A stretch of DNA of 64,000 nt from an uncultured delta proteobacterium (GTDB lineage Bacteria; Myxococcota; UBA727; VGSZ01). This document shows positions 58,325 to 64,000 of the stretch, piece by piece. The position numbers and the translations under genes were made by a program. How positions within the stretch are numbered: position 1 is the stretch's first letter; every line of letters starts with the position of its first letter. Location of the stretch: the NCBI GenBank assembly GCA_963775425.1, contig CAVZJB010000011.1, positions 288,001-352,000 of the forward strand. The letters are read 5' to 3'. The notes beneath the pieces were generated by a model. It ran no database searches, was not told the DNA's origin, and was given only the letters and a program-made list of their open reading frames with translations.

Positions 58325-59239
58325 ATGTCCCACGCCGTCGAGACCCAAGCGCCGGAGGCCGCGCCGCTCCCGGGACCCCTCACGAACGAGCGGCTCTACG
58401 CGGCGGTGAAGGTGCGCCGCGCCTGCCGAACCTTCGACGGCGCGCCCCTCCGTCCGGAGCACGTCGCGCTGATCGACGGCTACCTCGACGACGCGGAGCG
58501 GATGAAGGGGCCGCTGGGCGGGCGCTTTCGCGTCGTATTCCTCAACAACGTCGACGCGGACCGCGAGATCGGGACCTACGGCTACACCAAGGGTTTCCGC
58601 GGCGTCCTCGTCGCCATCGCGCGGCCGGAGCCGCTGGCGCTGTTCCAGCTCGCGTATGTCCTGCACGGGCTCGTGCTGACCCTCACCGACGCGGGCGTCG
58701 GCACCGTGTGGATGGGCGGCGCGTTCAACCCCGCGGACATCCTGCGCGCCACGCGCGTCGAGGACGGTGAGATCATCGCCGCCATCGTCCCGGTCGGCTA
58801 CGCGAGCGACCACAAGCGGCTGTTCGCGATGGCGGCGCCCCTGGTGCTCGGCGCGTCGCGGCGCAAGCCGATGGACTTCTTCTACTCGTGGGGCGACTTC
58901 GGCACGCCGCTCGGCGAGCACGAGACCCCGTTCCGCGCCGCGCTCGAGCTCGCGCGCTTCGCTCCGTCCGCCAAGAACAAGCAGTCATGGCGCGTCGTCC
59001 TCACCCCCGGCGACGAGCGCTTGCACATCTACGCATCGTTCAGCCTGCGCGACGAGGTCGGCACGGGCCGCAAACAATACGCGTGCTCGCCCGAGTACCT
59101 CGACGTCGGCACCTTCTATCGCAGCCTCGAGGTCACGCTTGGCCACGACGGGTTCCGCGGCTCCCTCGTCGTCGACGACCCGGGACTGGCGCTCCCCGCC
59201 GGCGCCGACATGGAGTACCTCGCGACGTGGGTCCGCTAG
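58325..59239 (+). CDS. Nitroreductase family protein (tandem domain, TM1586-like)
   Basis: RBS GGAGGAG; RRACRTF, GVGTVWMGG, RKPM, RFAPSAKNKQSWR. Confidence 0.85.
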   Translation: MSHAVETQAPEAAPLPGPLTNERLYAAVKVRRACRTFDGAPLRPEHVALIDGYLDDAERMKGPLGGRFRVVFLNNVDADREIGTYGYTKGFRGVLVAIARPEPLALFQLAYVLHGLVLTLTDAGVGTVWMGGAFNPADILRATRVEDGEIIAAIVPVGYASDHKRLFAMAAPLVLGASRRKPMDFFYSWGDFGTPLGEHETPFRAALELARFAPSAKNKQSWRVVLTPGDERLHIYASFSLRDEVGTGRKQYACSPEYLDVGTFYRSLEVTLGHDGFRGSLVVDDPGLALPAGADMEYLATWVR

Positions 59240-59985
59240 AAGAAGCGCGGAAAGAACGCGGGCGTCGACGCTGCGTACGCCGCATATCCGGGTCGATCGC
59301 GCATCGCGGCCTCGAGCATCGGCACCCCGGAGACGCGCAAGAGCAGAAACGAGATGGTGGCCGGCCCGAAGAGCGCCGGCCACCAGGTCCCCGACGACAG
59401 GCTCATCACGCCGAGGCCCCACCACAGGACGAATTCGCCGAAGTAGTTCGGGTGGCGCGAGAGCGCGAACAAGCCGCGGTCCATCAACGCCCCGGGGTGC
59501 CGTCGCTTGAAGAGCGCGAGCTGGAGGTCAGCCGTGCTCTCCCACACGACGCCCACGACGAAGATCGCGCCGCCGACGGCGTCGAAGGCGCCGGCTGCGC
59601 CGTTCATGCCGAGCTCCACCGGCAGCGCGACGACGAGCATCAGCACGCCTTGCAGACCGAAGACGATGCCGAGCGACGTGAGCGAAAACGGCGGGTACTT
59701 CTCGCGCAGCCGGCGGTAGCGGGCGTCTTCCCCCCGGCCGTGGTTGCGGACGCCGATGTAGAGCGCGAGCCGCACGCCCCACAGCGTCACCGCCGCGGCG
59801 AGCAGGGTGGCGTGGAGCCCGCGCTCCGAGCGTGCCCACGACAGCCAGGCGAGCCCCGTGAAGCCGAGGCCCCAGAAGACGTCGACGATGCTCGCGTCCT
59901 TCTTGACGACGCTCACGCCCCACAACAGGACCATGGCGGCGGCGACGACGGCTGCGTCTACGGCGAGGTCTGTGACGAGATCCAC
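59236..59985 (-). CDS. DUF1295 / steroid 5-alpha-reductase-like membrane protein
   Basis: SIVDVFWG, GEDARY, ADLQL, SRHPNYFGE, SGVPMLE; start 59985 or 60003. Confidence 0.9.
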   Translation of the reverse strand: MDLVTDLAVDAAVVAAAMVLLWGVSVVKKDASIVDVFWGLGFTGLAWLSWARSERGLHATLLAAAVTLWGVRLALYIGVRNHGRGEDARYRRLREKYPPFSLTSLGIVFGLQGVLMLVVALPVELGMNGAAGAFDAVGGAIFVVGVVWESTADLQLALFKRRHPGALMDRGLFALSRHPNYFGEFVLWWGLGVMSLSSGTWWPALFGPATISFLLLRVSGVPMLEAAMRDRPGYAAYAASTPAFFPRFF

Positions 59986-60923
59986 GCGTCCACCTTCTGC
60001 CATTCATCGTAGAGCCATCGCGTCCGCGCGCCACGCTCCTCGGGGATCCGGTCGCGTGGCACGCGCCACATCTTCACGTGCACCGTGCGGCCGACCAGCG
60101 CGCCGGAGAAGACGTCGGCGACGTGCGCGAAGCCCTCGAGGCCCGCGTGCGCGAGGAAGACGGCGTCGGCGCCGGGGAGCCCGTCGAGGAGCGCGAAGGC
60201 GCCCGACGGCTTCGGCGGCAACACGCGGGAGAGCGTCTGCGCGCGCGTTGCCAGCTCAGGCGACCGCTGCGCGAGGAGCGCGAGCGCCTTGTCGCGCCTG
60301 TGTTCGGTGAAGCGCGTCCCCTCGGGATAGACGAGCACCGCCTCGTCGGCGGCGCAGCCCGCGGCGAGGGCGCGGACGGCGGCGACGTCGGCGTCGGTGT
60401 CCTCGGTGCGTCGGGCGACGAAGTGGTTGGGCAGGCGGTTGCCCGCGACGTCGAGGCACGGATCTTCGAGCAGCTCGCGCTTCACCACGAACCGCAACTT
60501 CACGCCGTGCGCGCGGGTGAGGAACACCGACGGCAGCAGCGTGTCGATGATGCTCGCGTGCCGGACGAGCACCACGGCGCGCGGGCCGGCGCACTCGTCT
60601 CCCTCGACGACGAAGCGCAACCGAAAGAGCACACGCACGGAGGTGAACAACAGGCCGGTCCACCATCTTTGAATCGCGTACGTCCTGTGCACGTCGGGGC
60701 CGGCAACGAACAGCCAACACAGCCCGACGACCTCGCTCCAGGCGTACACGAAGGCGAACGCCAGCAAGCGCACGGACATGAACGGCCGCGACGAAACAGC
60801 CGCGCGGACGACGTCGACGACGACCGCGGCAGCGAGGAGCGCCGGCGCGAGCGCCGCCAGCGCAGACGCCGTCACGAGCAAGCGCGGGATGGTGCGCAGC
60901 CGCCGGCGCAGGGCCTCACTCAC
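59958..60923 (-). CDS. Lysophospholipid acyltransferase (PlsC-like)
   Basis: HASIID (HxxxxD), FVVKREL, YPEGTRF. Confidence 0.85.
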   Translation of the reverse strand: MSEALRRRLRTIPRLLVTASALAALAPALLAAAVVVDVVRAAVSSRPFMSVRLLAFAFVYAWSEVVGLCWLFVAGPDVHRTYAIQRWWTGLLFTSVRVLFRLRFVVEGDECAGPRAVVLVRHASIIDTLLPSVFLTRAHGVKLRFVVKRELLEDPCLDVAGNRLPNHFVARRTEDTDADVAAVRALAAGCAADEAVLVYPEGTRFTEHRRDKALALLAQRSPELATRAQTLSRVLPPKPSGAFALLDGLPGADAVFLAHAGLEGFAHVADVFSGALVGRTVHVKMWRVPRDRIPEERGARTRWLYDEWQKVDAWISSQTSP

Positions 60924-61051
60924 CCCTCGAGCGTACGACGCGCCGTGGGCGGGATGGAACGAGCCGCGCTCCACGGTTGCTGTGCGCTGCGATCGCGCGC
61001 GTGACGTGTCATCATCGCAGCGGACAGCGCGCGCGCGCCGAGGAGACACGC

Positions 61052-61567
61052 ATGGGCATGGGCGCCCCCGGATGGCTGCGACGCGCGCTGGCGAAGAGCT
61101 ACCTCGCGCAGGTCGCGCGTCGTCGTCGGCGGCTGAACAAGCGCGGTCAGCTCTCCTGGGAGCTGCGGGGAGATTGCGGCGGCTGCGCCAGGTGCTGCGA
61201 GGAGCCGGCCATCGCCGTAGGGAGGCTCGTGTACTTCGTGCCCCCGCTGCGCGCGTTGTTCCTCTGGTGGCAGCGCGCGGTGAACGGCTTCCTCTACAAG
61301 AGGGACGAGCGCCGCGGCTACGCGTTCCTGTTTTCGTGTACGCACTTCGACGAGACCACGCGCCGCTGCCGCGACTACGACAATCGCCCGGGCATCTGCC
61401 GCGACTATCCGCGCATGCTCCTCGAGGGCGCCGACCCGCAGCTCTTCGACGGCTGCGGCTACCGCCCCGTCGCGCACAACGGCGCGTCGATGATCGCCGC
61501 GCTCGAGGAGCGCGGCGTCGGCGGTGAGCAGCTCGTGCAGATCAAGAGACGGCTTCGCCTGGAGTAG
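61052..61567 (+). CDS. YkgJ-family (CxxCxxCC) cysteine-cluster protein
   Basis: CGGCARCC, CTHF, CRDYDNRPGICRDYP. Confidence 0.85.
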   Translation: MGMGAPGWLRRALAKSYLAQVARRRRRLNKRGQLSWELRGDCGGCARCCEEPAIAVGRLVYFVPPLRALFLWWQRAVNGFLYKRDERRGYAFLFSCTHFDETTRRCRDYDNRPGICRDYPRMLLEGADPQLFDGCGYRPVAHNGASMIAALEERGVGGEQLVQIKRRLRLE

Positions 61568-61582
61568 GGCGCGGCCGCGCCG

Positions 61583-62146
61583 TCACAAGAGCACCACGCC
61601 GATCTCGAGGAGCGCGACGATGCCGGGCTCGATGCGCGGGCCGTCGAAGGCGAAGGCGGGGCCCGCGCCGAGGCGCAGGCCGGCCCAGGGCCCGAGGGAG
61701 ACGTTGGGGACCGGGCGCCACGCGACGACGGCCTGCCCCGTGAGCGCGAAGAGCCCCTCGCCGCGGCTGAAGGGGATGAAGCTCTGGTCGTAGAGCGCGA
61801 ACAACTGCGCGCCGAAGCCGAGGCGCGCGTCGACGTGATCGCTCTCGTACGCCAACGGCCGCCAATAACCGCCGAAAGACCACGAGCCGTCGATGATGGC
61901 GGGCGGGCTCGCGCCGAGCTCGAGCCCGACGCCCTCGAGGATGTTGACCTCGACGCCGACGCCGACGAAGCCGGGAAAGCCTGCGTTGGCCTTGAGGGTC
62001 AACCGCGGCCAGACCGCCGGGGAGGCAGCCGGAGCGGCCGGAGCGGTCGGAGCGGTCGGAGCGGTCGGAGCGGTCGGAGCGGTCGGAGCGGGCGGAGCGG
62101 CCGGAGCGGCGGCGAGGCCGGCGGCGAGGGCGAGCAGGGGGAGCAT
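61583..62146 (-). CDS. Secreted protein with (Ala-Pro-Thr)n linker and small beta-barrel-like domain
   Basis: MLPLLALAAGLAAA signal; APT repeats; amphipathic strands (FVGVGVEVNI, ARLGFGAQLF, WAGLRLGAG, LLEIGVVLL). Confidence 0.65.
   Translation of the reverse strand: MLPLLALAAGLAAAPAAPPAPTAPTAPTAPTAPTAPAAPAASPAVWPRLTLKANAGFPGFVGVGVEVNILEGVGLELGASPPAIIDGSWSFGGYWRPLAYESDHVDARLGFGAQLFALYDQSFIPFSRGEGLFALTGQAVVAWRPVPNVSLGPWAGLRLGAGPAFAFDGPRIEPGIVALLEIGVVLL
62031..62111. repeat. 9-bp tandem repeat (GGAGCGGTC-like) x9
   Basis: Five exact GGAGCGGTC units at 62040-62084 flanked by four variants. Confidence 0.9.
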
Positions 62147-62233
62147 GCCCGCAGGATCGCACACGCCGCCGCGGGGAGCGGAGCGCAAATGGCCCAGGGG
62201 CCGGGCTTGCCTCGACGACGACGCGGGCACATC

Positions 62234-63592
62234 ATGCCGTCGATGGCTCAGCTCTTCGGGCGCTACGAGCTGCTCGATCGCATCGGGATCGGTGGCATGG
62301 CCGAGGTCTTCCGGGCGCACGTGCTCGGCGCGGGAGACTTTGCCCGCATGGTGGTCGTGAAGCGCATGCTGCCGCAGCTCGCCAACGAGAACGACTCGGT
62401 GATGATGTTCCTCGACGAGGCGCGCCTCGGGGCCAAGCTGCACCACCCCAACATCGTGTCCGTGCTCGATCTCGGCGAGCGCGAAGGCGACTACTTCATG
62501 GTGCTCGAGCACGTCGACGGGCTGGACCTCGGCACGCTCGACGCGCGCATCCGCTCCCGTGGGGGGCGCTTTCCGCAGGAGCAAGCCGCGTGGATCATCG
62601 CGCGCGCCGCCGAGGGGCTCGGGGCCGCGCACGAGGCCAACGATCCGGCCACGGGCAAGCCGTTGAACATCGTGCACCGCGACGTCTCGCCGTCCAACAT
62701 CCTCGTGTCGCGCACCGCGGAGGTGAAGGTCGCGGACTTCGGCGTGGCGCGCTCCGATGCGCAGCACGTGCGCACGTCGACGGGCGTGTTGAAGGGGAAG
62801 ATCCCCTATATGTCGCCGGAGCAGATGCTCGAGCAACCCATCGACCTGCGCAGCGACATCTACGCGCTCGGCGTGGTGTTCTGGCAGTTGCTCGCGGGGC
62901 GCAAGCGCCACAGCGGGCGCAACGACTTCAAGATCATCCAGACCGTGGTGCAGGAAGAGACGCCGCGGCCGAGCTCCGTGCAGCGCGACGTCGATCCACA
63001 GCTCGAGGACATCGCCATGTCGATGCTCGCCCGCAACCGCGAGCACCGTCCGGCCACCGGCTGGCAGGTCGCGCAGCTCCTCGACCAGTGGCTGTTGTCG
63101 CGGCAGCACACGGCGCGGCACGTCGAGCGCTGGTTGCGGGAGACCATGGACGCGCCGGCCGCGCCCAAGCTGCATCCCCCCGTCGGCGCCGCCCCCGAGC
63201 CGCGGCCGTTGCCCAGCGACCTCGCGTCGGCCACCGAGCGGAGCCCGCTGTTGCGTGATGCGCAGTCATCCAACCCCACCACGCTCGAGCTCAGCCGTTG
63301 GCACCAGCTCTGCGACCAGCGGCTCCTGCACGCCCCCGGCTGCGAGACCCGCATCGTCGACGGAGAGGCCCAGGTCATCGTGGCTGCGCGCAAGCTGATG
63401 CACAGCTTGAACGGCACGGCGACGTTCATCTGGGATCGCGCCGACGGCCAACACAGCCTCACCGCGATCGCGGACGAGCTGTGTCACGCGTTCGAGGTCG
63501 AGCTCCCCGTCGCGCGCGAGGAGGTCCTCGCGTTCGTCCTGGCGGCGGTGGAGAGCGAGCTGCTCGTGTTGCTGGCCGCCCCTCGCCGCTGA
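62234..63592 (+). CDS. Hanks-type Ser/Thr kinase fused to a C-terminal PqqD/RRE-like domain (452 aa)
   Basis: IGIGGMAEVF, VVVK, HRDVSPSN, DFG, YMSPEQ; C-terminal HSLNGTATFIWDRADGQHSLTAIADELCHAFEV..AREEVLAFV; no TM segment. Confidence 0.85.
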   Translation: MPSMAQLFGRYELLDRIGIGGMAEVFRAHVLGAGDFARMVVVKRMLPQLANENDSVMMFLDEARLGAKLHHPNIVSVLDLGEREGDYFMVLEHVDGLDLGTLDARIRSRGGRFPQEQAAWIIARAAEGLGAAHEANDPATGKPLNIVHRDVSPSNILVSRTAEVKVADFGVARSDAQHVRTSTGVLKGKIPYMSPEQMLEQPIDLRSDIYALGVVFWQLLAGRKRHSGRNDFKIIQTVVQEETPRPSSVQRDVDPQLEDIAMSMLARNREHRPATGWQVAQLLDQWLLSRQHTARHVERWLRETMDAPAAPKLHPPVGAAPEPRPLPSDLASATERSPLLRDAQSSNPTTLELSRWHQLCDQRLLHAPGCETRIVDGEAQVIVAARKLMHSLNGTATFIWDRADGQHSLTAIADELCHAFEVELPVAREEVLAFVLAAVESELLVLLAAPRR

Positions 63593-63610
63593 CGGGGCGG
63601 GGCAGGCCGC

Positions 63611-64000
63611 TCAGGTCCCGAGCTCCAGGAGCAGCTTCATGTGGCTGTTCTTGAGCCGCTTGTCCTCAGGGAGCTCGAGCACGAGGCTCTCGAGGCTGCG
63701 CAGCGCCGTCTCCTTGTCGCCTCGCTGGTAGGCCTCCAGCGCGAGGAAGAAGATCTGCGCGTGCGCGGCGCGCTCCTTGCCGAGGCCGCCGAAGAGCTGC
63801 TTGATCTCGTCGGAGAACCAGCCGTGCGCCGCCTCCATGCGAGGGCGCAGCTCCTCTTGCGGTGTGCCGGGTGGCACCGGCACCTCGCGCCGGCGCAGGA
63901 CGCGACCCTTGAAGACCGCCACGGTCACGAACGCGTGCTTGGACGCGGACCACTCCGTCTGCACGGTGACGGCTTCCTTGCCGACGTTCAGCAGCGCGGT
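63611..64000 (-). CDS. Hypothetical protein, 5'-partial, with C-terminal TPR-like helices
   Basis: Frame open to window end; VTVQTE..FKGRVL segment and ALEAYQRGDKETALRSLE..LPED. Confidence 0.6.
   Translation of the reverse strand, partial: TALLNVGKEAVTVQTEWSASKHAFVTVAVFKGRVLRRREVPVPPGTPQEELRPRMEAAHGWFSDEIKQLFGGLGKERAAHAQIFFLALEAYQRGDKETALRSLESLVLELPEDKRLKNSHMKLLLELGT

Noticed and set aside
62031-62111. CRISPR-like array
   Set aside because: Contiguous 9-bp units without spacers, in frame within a CDS; no cas genes.

Overview
High-GC bacterial chromosomal window. Gene content (AglZ-, SgmX- and FrgA-like proteins, PilT, a Hanks kinase, Cys-rich lipoproteins) points to a Myxococcota/deltaproteobacterial lineage. 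About 42 CDSs are supportable; most other ORFs in the track are antisense or frame shadows caused by GC bias. No rRNA, tRNA, CRISPR array or transposase was seen. Main blocks: (i) a 10.3-kb operon with a sigma54-type promoter and an intrinsic terminator, encoding an unclassified outer-membrane beta-barrel candidate and two paralogous ~1500-aa zinc-metalloprotease lipoproteins; (ii) a convergent tamB-tamA/bamA pair and ddl; (iii) sgmX-like TPR gene plus ExeA-type ATPase; (iv) a group 3b [NiFe]-hydrogenase operon with a cNMP-binding protein, maturation protease and a HypA lacking its zinc finger; (v) frgA-like, M16 peptidase, aglZ-like, transglutaminase lipoprotein, MFS, pilT, LysR/nitroreductase and lipid genes; (vi) a Ser/Thr kinase fused to a PqqD/RRE-like domain. 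The best novelty candidates are the barrel plus twin-protease operon, the kinase-PqqD fusion and a structured intergenic RNA candidate at about 38.08-38.24 kb. All family calls come from motif recognition by eye; no database search was run.
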